Source: Amphiscolops sp. MND2022
Taxonomy: Eukaryota
Assembly (NCBI GenBank): GCA_964187785.1
Contig: OZ076412.1
Span: 7,316,001-7,380,000, forward strand
DNA: 64,000 nucleotides
Direction: 5' to 3'
In this document: one piece after another, positions 1-12,243 of the stretch
Layout: each line of letters starts with the position of its first letter
How positions within the stretch are numbered: the first letter of the stretch is position 1
Made by a program: the position numbers and the translations under genes
The notes under the pieces: model-generated
The model's database searches: none
What the model was told of the DNA's origin: nothing
What the model saw: only the letters and a program-made list of their open reading frames with translations

Positions 1-90
1 ACAATCTGGATTCCCCCCTTTACAATTTTAAAAACTTTGCGCTTTTTGAGCCTTAGATATAGCGCCGACTTTAGACGTTCCCGTCTTGTT
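1..90 (-). repeat. Head of the abundant AACAAG...AGTCGGCGC interspersed repeat, reverse orientation
   Basis: Reverse complement reads AACAAGACGGGAACGTCTAAAGTCGGCGCTATATCTAAGGCTCAAAAAG, matching the head at 201. Confidence 0.75.
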
Positions 91-200
91 TGTATTTTAT
101 TCGGGGTACGGAAAATTCAAAACAAGAAACTACAAAACATTGTCAAATACCGAAAATTCAACACACTTTCGCACTTCATATTAATTTCAGTTCAAAAGTG

Positions 201-683
201 AACAAGCCGGGAACGGCCCAAGTCGGCGCCATATCTAAGGCTCAAAAATAGCAAAAGGACTTCAATATGTCAAAGTATTGGTGAGTTGGGGACCCTTCTA
301 TGAAAGTTTTTTTGGGAAAAAAGTCTCACAATGCCGAAAAAAACTTAAAGGGGGACCCTTTGGGATTTTCCAACATCCATTCTGTCGCAAAACAGCAAAA
401 AAATTGAAGGGGGGACCCTTTGGGGGAAATTTTTTTTTCGGAAAAAAAGTCTCACAATGCCAAAAAAACTGAAAGGGGGGACCCTTTGGACTCGTCGGGT
501 ATGGTATGTTACGCGGGAAAACAGGAAAAACCTTTTTGGTTCAGTTCGCTAGGCCAAATGGTGCAATAATATTTTGCAGAACTTTTGTAGAACTATTTTG
601 GTCAGTTCAGGTGGTCTTAAAAAAACACTGACGAAAAGCCATGACTATAGTCGACTCTTTTCTAAAAAAAGCGCCGACTAAAA
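201..683 (+). mobile_element. Non-autonomous interspersed repeat, Helentron/DINE-1(HINE)-like
   Basis: Starts AACAAG. Subterminal inverted repeats AGTCGGCGC (~221) and GCGCCGACT (671-679), a GACTATAGTC palindrome near the 3' end and internal GGGGGACCCTTT modules. Many copies in the window. The family call is inference. Confidence 0.6.
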
Positions 684-940
684 ATTACTCAGTAGGTCTC
701 ATTCAATTAACTAATTCGTTATACCAATACCTCATTTAATTGTATTATATATAACGGAACTGTCAAGCGTTACTATTTTATTTCTACATTTATTCACAAT
801 AACTATCAACTCATTCTTAAACCGTGTGCACAACTTTCGTAAAAAGTGAAACGAATAAGTTATACAAGAAGTCACTGAGAATTGTGATGCTAATGTGTTG
901 AAATTTCTGTCGAGTTTAGTTTTCTGGTAAATTTTTGTTC

Positions 941-3900
941 ATGAATAAAACAAAACACCTGAACAACCTTGGGTGTATTTGTAACCAAGCCAAGAGTGGT
1001 TTGTCGACTCTCGCGGCCGCACTGGCATCGGAAGCTCGCGACTATCTGCCTGTTGGAACTGTGATCGTTCTCAGATTCGTACAGGCCACAACTAACAGTC
1101 AGGAAGCCTTGCTCTTAATGCTCAGCATCCTCAAAGAACTGTGTCTGAGTTTCCGTGCCTTGACAGACGAGGTTACTGCAGAGATACAAAGTTGCGAAAC
1201 TTTGACCAAGTGCTCTTATCTCTTGGAAAAGTATTTCAAAACCCTGCCCATCAATGAAAATTCGCCGGTTGTCGTTATAATTGATGGAATCGATCATTTG
1301 TCTAGTGAAAGAAATACACATGCTTTGCATTGGCTTCCCCAAAAACTGCCCACTGGGGTTAATTTTGTAGTGACCTGTGCCGATGGCGACATTTGTAAAC
1401 GCCTAATTGGTAAGTTTGCAAGCTCGGATTCCTCAAACGTTAGTCAGTTCCAAAGACCTACCATCGAGAACATTGCCGATTCTATCCATTTCAATCTCAT
1501 GAGCAATCACGGAAAAACTTTGTCGGAAATTCAGATGGAAGTCGTTTCTAAAGCGATTCACACCAATGAAGATATGCTTCAGTTGGACTATGTTGTGCAT
1601 TTAGCCAAGGATTGGACGCATGCCGAGGAAACAGTAGATATTGAGAAAGTGTTGGCTAGGTTCAAGAATGAAGTTCACTATTTTGTTGACCGGGCTTTGG
1701 AGCTGAAACCACGAATTCTATCTCGCAAAATTCTTCACTATTTGGTGTTGTTCGGAGACCTCGGTATTACCGAGTTGGAACTGCGAACTATTCTTTCTTA
1801 TGATCAAGAACTGATCAGAAAGATGTACCAAAAAGCTCCAAAAGGTCATTGTTCTGCTGTACCGCTGAGAGATTCCATTGTAAGTGCTGTTTTCCACGAG
1901 CTGCGCAATTTCCTCGTTTTCGAGACACGGGAAGGAGTGCTTATCTGTCGTCTGCCATTAGGCATTCTTAGAACTGAGCTGGAGCAAAGATTCAAGTCCA
2001 AAAACACAAAAGAAGTCGATGAGTTGTTTTCATCTGCAGTCAAGTACTTGGCAGCTGAAGAAGTTATCCAAGAACCAATCACCACTTTGGAACCGCCAGC
2101 CAATAACCAGAAAGAACTGGTCGCTTATTGTGGCGACTTCGCAGCTAGTGGTAATGCGGCAATGCGAATGTTGTCAATTCTCCCGACGTTGCTTCTCTCC
2201 TCAAAACGAAGCGAACAAGCTTGTCAACAATGCTTGTTCAACTATGATTTCATTCTATCCAAAATTGCCAACTTTTCCGTGCACGCTTTGCTCGCTGATT
2301 ACACTCTTGCTGCTTCTAAAGGAATAGTTTTTGCGTCCGTCGTTTTCGACACCCTCAGTTTTTTGCACAGTAAGGGTATGCTCAGTGTGTCAGATATGCC
2401 AGCAATTTTGCTGTCAAAGCTGATGCCGTTCGAAGAAATAGCGCCAGATGTTTTCTCGCCCCTTCTCGACGGAGCCCGAAAGTACATCTCAAATAATACC
2501 GGAGTTTGGCTAGTTCCAAGGACCCAGTGTCATTTGCCTTCTGCTAGTTTCCTGAGAAATACGTTCAGCGTTATAGATGGTACTTTCTGGGAGATGCTTT
2601 CAACGGGAAGTTCTAGCCTCATTTGCCGCACGGGCAACGGGATACAAGAGTTTGACGTTGACAGCCAAGAACGACTATGGCAAGTCAATATCGAAGCGGC
2701 CAAGTTTCTTCTCAGCAATGATAAAAAGTATTTGGTTATTGTCACTGTCGCTAAACCCGTGCAAAACCCCCAGAGCAAGGTGAAAGAAACGAGAAGCCTG
2801 GTGGTATACGATGCAAAAACCCTAGCTCAACTAGCCAGTAGAACCATGTTCAACAACTACAAATGTATCTGCCTCTCGAAAGATTCCAAGAATATTTACG
2901 TCGGCGTACCGCGACTTCATCAAAGAGAAAACTCCAAAATCTATATGCTGAAAATCGATTCGCTCCAAACTGTGAAAGCAATCGAGACCATTTTAACCGT
3001 CACTGCTGTCGAAGATATTCCGCATCAGAAGAGTTTGCTGATCGGCGGAGATCACAATGACGAATGTGTTGTTAAAATGAAGATTGACAAAGATGGCAAA
3101 AACTTTGTGCGTGGGTTGAAAGGACCCGTTATTCATCTACATGCAACAGAATCCGGAACCATGGCTATCGTTGGACTGGGAATGAACGCGATTGCGTTGA
3201 TTGATCTGAAGAAATCTAGAATCATCACTCAGCAATTGTTCGATAATTCACGCTGGATGAGCACAATGAGGACGAATAAACACGACAAGTTTGTAGTTTG
3301 TGGCGATGCCAATCCGGGGGTCATTGTATTCGACTGCACCAAAGGTGAAAAGGTCAACCGTCTTTGCCCGAGCAACCGAGATACCAACATTGCAGATGCT
3401 ACCGTTACCGATAACGGCCAGTTTTGTGTTGTCGCTGACAATTTCGACAATTCCGTGTCTGTCTGGAACTGTGCCAGTGGATTCTGTCTGAAGATCCTGC
3501 GTGGGCTGAAAGCCAACATTTCCACAATCAGTTTCATCGGCAAAAGTTCACATATTGCCGCTGCCAGTATTTCTGGCGAGGTCTGTGTTTGGAATGTTTC
3601 CAGTTTGTTCAAGACTCTTGAAACTTCCAAGAAAAACACTGGGCAGAATTCCGAAAGTCAGTCGGCGGTTTCGAAAGAAGAGAAGCGAATGATGTTGCAA
3701 CAGAATTTGGCCCTGAATATCGGAAAGAATGTGAACAATATTCTGAACATTGTCACCACGGAAGTGGAAGACCAAACGTCGTTCAACAGTATTCGTGCTC
3801 AGATTGATGAACTAACTGTGGTCACCGTGGATCAGAAAGATCTGCTCATCACTGCATCTTGCCAGAACGGGTTTCACCTGTGGGATATCTACACAGGTCT

Positions 3901-4966
3901 AGATTGCGGGCAGCTTCCTCTAGAAGATAAAAACCCGTCGTACACACCTGTATTTCTGTTTGCTCTTCCCCTTTTGGGCAATCTCATGTTGGATCCCAAA
4001 GTTTGCGGCATTTACAACGAGCGGCTCTACATCTGGGAGTTACGCAGTCGTAAAATTATCCACACCTCCAGAATTAGCCTAAAGTTCGGATGTGTGTCCA
4101 AGGATAAAAAGGTTTTCGTCAGCTATGCTTCCCAGGCCATTGCAAACAGTGCTAAAGTCACGACATTCAGTTTAAGCAACGATAAAGTGGAAAAGGCATT
4201 CCTGTATGAAATTGCCAATGTAGATTTTGCTGAAGTGAAGAATGTGTTTTTGAGCAACGATGGGCTTCAACTCGTGCTTATCAGCTCAAATAATTGGGAT
4301 ACCAGCATTTTTGTTCAAACGTTTGAAAACAAAACGGGCAAAAACGTTATCAAGACCAAATATATAAACAGCAATATAGAAGGCTGCTTTGTGCTGTCTA
4401 AACTTCTTGTGTGTTCCAATTTTCCCAAAGACAACCTGATCACATTCGAAGCCTTTTCATTGGAGAACGGCAAAACCGTTTTCGAGAGAAGTGTGAGAGA
4501 ATTCGAAGGATATCTCTGCTGTAAAACCATGTCGAAAGGCGAGTTGTGTCTTTTGCTTGGAACTGAAAAAGGCTTCGTTTACAAATGGCTGACCGCCGTT
4601 TTCAAAGGAAACAACAACAAAGATGAGGACTATGCATTCAAGATACAAGCACATGCGGGCAAAGTCACATCACTGGCTATAAACTCGAACGAAACCCGAT
4701 TCGTGACATCATCGTGCGATGGCTGGATCAAAATCTGGGATTTCAGTGACGGGTCTCTGGTGAGTTCGTTCAACTGTTTGGTCGATGCACACAGAAGTAC
4801 CTTCGCGGCCAATGATTCTGCAATAGTGGCCCTATTGGACAGTGCCGTTTGTCGCCGAATGGCGATCGTGGCCGTTCAAGAAGTTCTGCCGCCTTCGGCT
4901 GATTCTCCGATTGACGCTGACCTAGACGACGAACGGTCACCGAGGCCAATTTCTCCCGAAAGTTGA
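941..4966 (+). CDS. NACHT/STAND-like NTPase + WD40 repeat protein (NWD1/NWD2-like); upstream exon(s) may be missing
   Basis: Uninterrupted ~1340-codon ORF. Walker B-like VVVIIDGIDHL followed by LHWLP..LP.GVNFVVT. C-terminal WD40 repeats (e.g. HAGKVTSLAINSNETRFVTSSCDGWIKIWD, NSVSVWNCASG, GEVCVWNV). Walker A is degenerate. Confidence 0.85.
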   Translation: MNKTKHLNNLGCICNQAKSGLSTLAAALASEARDYLPVGTVIVLRFVQATTNSQEALLLMLSILKELCLSFRALTDEVTAEIQSCETLTKCSYLLEKYFKTLPINENSPVVVIIDGIDHLSSERNTHALHWLPQKLPTGVNFVVTCADGDICKRLIGKFASSDSSNVSQFQRPTIENIADSIHFNLMSNHGKTLSEIQMEVVSKAIHTNEDMLQLDYVVHLAKDWTHAEETVDIEKVLARFKNEVHYFVDRALELKPRILSRKILHYLVLFGDLGITELELRTILSYDQELIRKMYQKAPKGHCSAVPLRDSIVSAVFHELRNFLVFETREGVLICRLPLGILRTELEQRFKSKNTKEVDELFSSAVKYLAAEEVIQEPITTLEPPANNQKELVAYCGDFAASGNAAMRMLSILPTLLLSSKRSEQACQQCLFNYDFILSKIANFSVHALLADYTLAASKGIVFASVVFDTLSFLHSKGMLSVSDMPAILLSKLMPFEEIAPDVFSPLLDGARKYISNNTGVWLVPRTQCHLPSASFLRNTFSVIDGTFWEMLSTGSSSLICRTGNGIQEFDVDSQERLWQVNIEAAKFLLSNDKKYLVIVTVAKPVQNPQSKVKETRSLVVYDAKTLAQLASRTMFNNYKCICLSKDSKNIYVGVPRLHQRENSKIYMLKIDSLQTVKAIETILTVTAVEDIPHQKSLLIGGDHNDECVVKMKIDKDGKNFVRGLKGPVIHLHATESGTMAIVGLGMNAIALIDLKKSRIITQQLFDNSRWMSTMRTNKHDKFVVCGDANPGVIVFDCTKGEKVNRLCPSNRDTNIADATVTDNGQFCVVADNFDNSVSVWNCASGFCLKILRGLKANISTISFIGKSSHIAAASISGEVCVWNVSSLFKTLETSKKNTGQNSESQSAVSKEEKRMMLQQNLALNIGKNVNNILNIVTTEVEDQTSFNSIRAQIDELTVVTVDQKDLLITASCQNGFHLWDIYTGLDCGQLPLEDKNPSYTPVFLFALPLLGNLMLDPKVCGIYNERLYIWELRSRKIIHTSRISLKFGCVSKDKKVFVSYASQAIANSAKVTTFSLSNDKVEKAFLYEIANVDFAEVKNVFLSNDGLQLVLISSNNWDTSIFVQTFENKTGKNVIKTKYINSNIEGCFVLSKLLVCSNFPKDNLITFEAFSLENGKTVFERSVREFEGYLCCKTMSKGELCLLLGTEKGFVYKWLTAVFKGNNNKDEDYAFKIQAHAGKVTSLAINSNETRFVTSSCDGWIKIWDFSDGSLVSSFNCLVDAHRSTFAANDSAIVALLDSAVCRRMAIVAVQEVLPPSADSPIDADLDDERSPRPISPES

Positions 4967-5127
4967 TCGAAAGTTCACTATTCCAACCCTCAGAATCACA
5001 CGTATTTTAATTGGACTCATTCTGTCATCTTTTTAGTCATTAGAATTGCTGTTCAAATATAGCGTGCTCAAAACTGCAAAAGCAGCCCTGAAATAACTAA
5101 TTTTTCGAATATAACGATAAACGCCCT

Positions 5128-5400
5128 AAAAAAACGATAACAAATAAACATGTTCTTTTTTGAAAAAGGAGTCGGAAAATAATTTTCGACTACTTATCCA
5201 TTCGTGTCGTTTTTTTTCTCCCGACCTTTCAATGATAATTCCAAAACTGTCCATACGATTTCCATAAAATTTTGCACAGTCATTCTACACCCAAAGGTGC
5301 TCATGCGTGCGCAAAGGCATCAAAATCGTATCACTGGGATGTGAGAAACAGCCGAAATTAGCCCAAAGATGGCCTGAAATAACTAATTTTTCGAATATAA
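5128..5400. repeat. Dispersed repeat, copy 1
   Basis: GGAGTCGGAAAATAATTTTCGACTAC...GCCCAAAGATGGCC recurs near-identically at 6465-6720. Confidence 0.85.
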
Positions 5401-6464
5401 ATTTGAGAGGACTTTCGGGGCTCAATTTGACATTAATACAACAACTTATCACTAAAAAAATCACGACAATCTCCGATAGAAACTCTTAGTTTTCCATTCT
5501 GTGGCTCAAAACGGATCATGTTTGTCAGAAAATTGAATATATGTCAACTGTAAAATATAGCATTTTATCTACATCTTTGCTGGCAAAGTTTTGTTGCGCA
5601 ATACTCAGTAAAATGCGTAAACCTAATTGTGAAATTCAAGTTCATTCTAACGCTATATTTTTCAGCTTCATTATTCTCAAGTCACAATAGGTGCTAAATT
5701 TATTTTCCAGATATCTTTCGCCAATTTTCAGTTGGTAGTCCATAAAGTACCCCCTCGGGAGGAAAATGTTTTAATGAGCGTTTTGGTTCAACTACCTGTT
5801 GAAGCTTATGCTATCAAAGCTGTATTGTGCAATCTTTATTTCTGCTCGTGTAAAATGAAATGTTGCTACCTGTGAAAATCATGTACATAAACCGTAAATA
5901 TATACAAAACTTGTTATAAATGTAAATATCTGTACATAGTTGAGTAGTGAATGTATTCCACTAAAGATGTATTATGAATGAAGCAATCTTGAATTTCAAA
6001 AATGTACTCATTTCTTTTTCCCTGTTTGAGCCCAAAAGCTGGAAAAATGATAGCAATCTTATCAGATGCATTGCTATGGCTCTGCGACTAGATGTTTCTT
6101 TAACGTCTGCTAGAATTTTATTAAAACAGTGAAGTGATTTTTTTCTAAGTGTTCTCTGAGCATCTAGTCTAACTTTCAAAATCAAAGGGTACACTTTCGT
6201 TGACATGAAGCAAAGTAGCGTTTACTATTCAGTCCTTCGTTGGGAGCTTCGCATGCATTCAAATGAAGCAGAAACATCATTGTTATTTAAGGAAGATTCA
6301 AGTGACAATGCACTTTTAGTTTGCGCTTCATGAAGTGAAACGCGACTTTAATAGTGACTTTTCAGTCCACACGATTTGACCAAAATTATTCTACAAATTT
6401 TAGAACATTTTTAAGCAGGGCCGGGGAAAACGTGTTTTTTAACCCGAATGAAACCGCGTGTTTT

Positions 6465-6720
6465 TTTTCAAAAAAGAACATGTTTATTTGTTATCGTTTT
6501 TTTAGGAGTCGGAAAATAATTTTCGACTACTTATCCATTCGTGTCGTTTTTTTCTCCCGACCTTTCAATGATAATTCCAAAACTGTCCATACGATTTCCA
6601 TAAAATTTTGCACAGTCATTCTACACCCAAAGGTGCTCATGCGTGCGCAAAGGCATCAAAATCGTATCACTAGGATGTGAGAAACATAGCCGAAATTAGC
6701 CCAAAGATGGCCAAAAAAAC
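6465..6720. repeat. Dispersed repeat, copy 2
   Basis: Near-identical to 5128-5385, with the first ~39 bp inverted. Confidence 0.85.
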
Positions 6721-8812
6721 AGCCATTTTTCGACTTTTATCGATTCTCAAAAACTCTTTATACGATTCGAACGAAATTTTCTAGTCATTCTACGCCATTA
6801 TATGGTCCTATGAGTCCAATTTCAATAAATTCGTATGACTGGGATTCGAGCGAGTCAGAAGGAAGACTTAAGCCGACTTCTTTACCGCAAATGCGGCTCT
6901 GGTTCCTTTTTCTTGGAAAGCAAGGTTGAAAGTTTTATGTTCTTGAACGCATACATAATCCAACATGATGATTATAAGCGAATTAGAGGGAAAAAACGTT
7001 CAAGCAGGACAGGAAAAGCATAATCAGGTTTTCGAGTTTCTGCCCTGGACAGTAGAGAACCACATTCAGACCAACTGAAACTGATTCATTTATTATTCGA
7101 AGTCAGTAACTTTTACAGAGTAAAATGTTCATTACTCTTTAGTTGATGTTGAAAATCCAGCAGTATCTAAGAACGGCGACCAGCCTATTTAGGTTTTTCA
7201 GGTATGTCTTGATTTGCCCCTGTGACATGGTTTTGATACCAACATTTATTAAATTCATTTTCGGCAACCAGATATATCCTTTGATTAGTGTATGTTCAAC
7301 CGATTTTGATTTATTTTTGTTCGGCTATAGGGTATTGGCAAGATCCCTTTTTTCGATCCTCTCGTTTTTACCCGCCAAATGTGGCCGATAATGATCAAAC
7401 TTGTGAACTCATTGACTAATTCTGATTTTGTTTTTGGACGGAATGAACTTTGATCACCCTGTCAACTTGCCATTGAAACATTTCGATTCGCATTTCATTT
7501 GTACGTAATCACGCCGAAGATGAACGCTTAAGTTAAAAACTAAGAATCTTCGTCAGTCTTCGCTTCATGTTAGTCAACACGGCCGCAACTGAAGCTGTTG
7601 ACTTTTATTTCACGTTTTTCCCGCTCACTGAAAGGTCACTTTTCATCTGTCGATCATCCTTCATTTCCCTTCCTCTTTTTCAAAAATAATCGCTCGAATG
7701 AAAGGAAATCTAATAGAACATCATTCATGAAAATTCAGTCAAAAATAACCATTTTTACACGTATATGCTTAAAATTGAAATACATTTAGATCCTTACACT
7801 CTCTTACACCTCCACCTTTATTACTTTGTCTTTCAGTTCTCATCATTTCTAACACCACCTCCTCTAATTCAACCACCACTCGAACATTCTTTTAATGCGA
7901 ACTCGAACTTACTTTAATTTCGATCAATCTGTTTTAATCCTAAAACCCAAATTTTTTTCATCCCAATCCATTTTAAAAACCCGGTCGAATGATGTACATG
8001 TCTAATGATTTATTCTTTACCATCTTTCACGTCTAGTCTAAAACTGTCTAGACTTTCCTGTACTGCTCTGAATGTATCTAATTCACTGTATCTGAAAAGT
8101 CTCACCAGCGCGAGTTTAGTCTTAGGTAGAAAACAGTTAAACAATAAAATTTTATTCAGTCAAGTGATTAATCTGCAATACAAATGCGATTCGGTAAGTT
8201 GGAAGGAATCAGCTAATAATTAAAGAAGCTACCGCGAAGTCTCTTCAATTGCTTTGGTTCTTCAGAAGCGCGAAGACACACTAGTAGTTCTAAAAGCAGA
8301 TAGTGAGCGAAAGACAGATATTAAATTTTTTGAGGAAAATCGAGACAGGAGAAAGGCTTATGATTTTGGGTCTGTGCAAGTTTCATTTTTCTTTTCTGTC
8401 AACGTCCCTCGTAAAATTTGAGTCCCATCATCACATAACTGCTACCATACGACCATGTTGTTGACATCATTGGCTCGGCCTATAACGAGAAATAGAGGTA
8501 TGTTGCGTCTCAAGGAGTTTGTGTGCACACATATCAAGAAAAAAGGTCCCCTGAGGGGCACAGTATTGTTTCTGTTTTATGCTTTCATGCTTAATATTAG
8601 AAGCACTTTCACGAATACAGTTCACCAGTTCAATTTCACTCGTTTTACGCCTAGATAACCATAAATCAGCCTATTGTTAAAATACTTTCACACAAAAAAG
8701 TCAAAACAAAAGATCGTTCAATAAAGTTGTGTGGACAAACTTAACTATGTTCAAATCCAGACTCGTTGAAGTTGCTCAATTCAGCTAAAAATTGTAAGTA
8801 TAGCATTTTAGT

Positions 8813-9125
8813 GGATCATGGTGCAGTGGTTAGAGCATTCTGCATGTACTGGGACGGTATCAGGTTCGAATCTCTCAACTCACCATTGCTCGGCTTTAAG
8901 AAAGTCCTTAATCCCTAGCTGAGTGGTATGGTCATGACAAAAAATATCGTTGGCGGGGAAAGGCGAAATAAAAAGAGCAACGGTGAGCAGTCAGAACTTA
9001 GTGACCTTGAGCAAGTCACTTTGAAACCAACCAGAGCTTCAAGTCTACCATTGCTTGGCTACAAATATGCTACCATTTAGAAAAGCAGAGCTGCTTATTC
9101 GGCGTCCATTCCGCGGAATTGGGGA
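8813..9125 (+). mobile_element. tRNA-derived SINE-like element
   Basis: Pol III A box TGGTGCAGTGG (8819) and B box GGTTCGAATC (8863). The body matches 41505-41785 and contains GTGACCTTGAGCAAGTCACTT, resembling the CORE-SINE core motif. Confidence 0.65.
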
Positions 9126-11287
9126 AAATAGTTAGTCTTTTTTTTTCGTTTTAAGAAACAGTGTTTCTAGCTGTTGCAGCATCTACTGTTTACGACGATG
9201 ATCCCTAGGATTCATCGAGTCGTCGTTTCACGCTGAAACGACCCCCCTCAGAACTGAAAAGATTCTTTAATCAGACACGGCTCGAAACAGAATCAAACGA
9301 GACCGAAGTTCAATTTCTCGGGTTAGCAGCCAGATAAATCCCTAAATTCCAAGACCCGGAATACTTTGGATTTACATGGCAACTGCAATCAAGTAATCAG
9401 CAACGGCCTAAAAACAGCCAGGGCAATGAGAAACCTCGGAGTATCCTTCCAAAAATATATTCTCGAACGGGGGTTTCTTTCATGTTGGCAATCGGTGGCT
9501 CCATTGTCGGCACTATGAGACTTTTTCTGAAGAAACAATTTTCGAAAAATATGTTGTTCTTGTCGTTTCCAGTTGGCCCGGGATTCCAGGACCTTTCGGC
9601 TTTTTTGAAAATCCAGTTTGTTGAAAATATCAAAAAAAATCGAAGGTGGGACCCTATAGTACCGCCCGGTTTTGTATCTTACGTTAAAAAGGGAGTAATG
9701 AAAGGGGGACCATTTGCACTAACTTAGATGCGTTTCCGTTTGCCGGTCCAGTAATTTATTAGTTCTGTAAAAAGTGTCCACTACTCATACATTCTGGTAT
9801 CTGACGAAAAAAACTGCAATAGTAGGGCTCATTTTGTTAAAATGCGCCGACTAAAAAAATCACTTGGCCATCAAATCTTGAAAAAAGACGAGCAGTGAGC
9901 AATACTTCTTTTAACAGAGACAAGCCCCTACACAGAAAAACAAACAAAGTCGAGATTACCAGACTGGGAATTTTTCCGTTGTGAGCTGGCTCAAAACATT
10001 GACTTGTAATTTTTGCCGATCTCCAGTCAAAGAACTTCTAACAAGTTTATTCTTTCAAAATGAAAAATTAGATTTTTACGCACTGTTGGGCACACAAAGG
10101 AAGCATTTTCGCGTCCTCTATCTTTCCCCTGTAAAGGAAAAAAAACAGCAGAAGAAAGAAAGTTGGTGAAAGAATGTCTGAAATAAGAACCAGTCTTTGC
10201 GTTCTGACGTGTGCAGAACTCGGCCGCTTGTGTTTTGAGTAGTGTCTTTCAGGAGCTCATGACGACAGTTGAAATCTCCATGCAGAAAGAAACCTGCCAC
10301 GCTATTTTTCCACAGAAATCTAAGAATTTGTCCATTTTAACGAGAAATGGAGATTTTAGGGTCACCTACAAGGTAGGAGGTATTACTCCTTTGTATTTCC
10401 GCAAAAAATATCAATTTCGTCGTTTACGAGGTCAACCAGTTCGTTTGATGTTTTATTTTCCCTGACCGATAAATCAAAATCATAAATCTGAGAGTTCAGA
10501 GTTTTGTTTTCTTCTTGTGAAAGAGTCAGCATATTTTCTCCTACAATCGTGAGCAGTTAATGTACGACCTTTTCAACTAAATGCAACTTTGGGAACTTGG
10601 TAATAGTAGAAACATTTATAGCGGCTGTTTAACGGATGTGGTACAACATACTATAACGGTCTCCTTTCTCGAAAAAAGACAAAACGAGCCAAATAGATGC
10701 TAAATTTGGAACAACTATATCTTAATTGCTAGACTTTCTAAAAATCGGTATTGAATGTTTTTCAAAAAGACCATCACAGTTGCTAATGATGCATGTGTAT
10801 GAAGTGTTTCCTATTCTGTAGCAAAGCTGGTTACCCAGTGCGTTTTTGAAGAACACTATTGCATTACTCACTTTTCACACGATTCCAGTATGCCCCCATT
10901 TATACCTCCGAACACAAACAGTTCGTTGCTGAAACCTATCATCGCATGGCTCACTCTCTTGTCATGCATCGGGGCACACTGCTTCCTCTTTGATTTGCAC
11001 TTCTCAGATCGAGCATCTCCATAGAGGCAGTCGGAGCAACGCGTTCAAGTCTGTTCTTCCCCCTGATACATACAACCTGAAAAGCAGATTTCTATCGATT
11101 CAAACTTTCAACATGTGCGTATTATATGATGAAAAATTTTTAGTTGAGATGCCAAAAACTCTGTCTGCATTTTCAAGTGAATGATTATTACACTTGCGAT
11201 AAGCAAGTGTTATGGGAAAGTGCGAGTTTTTTTTCCGCGCGACAAATCTCTCGTTTCAGACCGCAAGTCGCATAATTCAGACTTTTT

Positions 11288-11345
11288 TGGTCTAGCGGTA
11301 AGATGCTTGCTTTTCAACCCAGAGGGTCCGGGTTCGAACCCGTGC
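11288..11345 (+). mobile_element. tRNA-like (SINE head or tRNA pseudogene)
   Basis: A box TGGTCTAGCGG and B box GGTTCGAACC; no convincing acceptor stem seen. Confidence 0.5.
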
Positions 11346-12243
11346 CTATGCGCTAATTTTTTAAACAAAATTTTCGAAGCAGAAGATTCTCACTTTTTTC
11401 GACAATATGAGACTCCCCCTCCCCTCTTTTCGGTTTTTTGAGACTTATTTTCGAAAATTTTTAATGTCCCTGTTGAGTTTTGTTTTAGTTTGTGTAAAAA
11501 GGCTTTACAAAACTATACTTGAATTGATTGTTTGATAACCAACTGTTTTTAGAAAGCGGTTTAACAACAATTAGCCGCCAAAGTTAAAGTAGTGAAGAAA
11601 GTTTGAACAAAATGTGAACGGTGGGGTATTTTTGGATCGAATTTTTGTGTGAGCGAAAAGCGAGATCGAAAATGGATCGAAGGTTTTGAGGGCTTCAAGT
11701 CATATTGCTTAATGCCATATTGCTTAAAAATCGACCATGTACGAATTGCTTAAAATTTTTTAAGCAATATGGACATCATTTTAAGCAATATGGACATCAT
11801 TTTAAGCAATATGGACCTAGTACAGTACAATATGGACCTTAGGTCTAATATGATCTAATAGGTCTTATGATCTAATATGTGTTCTGAGTATGATATGTGT
11901 CGTATGGAATTAGATTTAACGGTAGGTCTAACTTTCAGATCTAATTTTATCTAAAATACTTAGGTCTAACGCCTTTATGATCTAATATGTGTTCTGAAAG
12001 CGAAAATATAAAGTGGGGCATATGCGATGTATGCACGCTCGCCCTCACCGTCGAAAAGACCAGCTCCCACTACGATCGCTTCGCGATCTCCGTTCCCGCT
12101 AGGTCTTTGCTCCTGTTCGACCTCGCTTAGCAAGATGGGAATATAAGCGGCCCCAAGGGGCCGCGGGCCACTAGAGGAAATGGGGACATATCCGAGGCAC
12201 GTGTTATAAGTGTCACTTAGATCCGACGCATTACTCGATTCAT

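Noticed and set aside
7790-7900. - strand peptide R...KGGGV resembling a LINE endonuclease motif
   Set aside because: Too short, with no supporting APE or RT motifs nearby.
11288-11345. Functional tRNA gene
   Set aside because: A and B boxes are present but I could not fold a complete cloverleaf; more likely SINE-derived.
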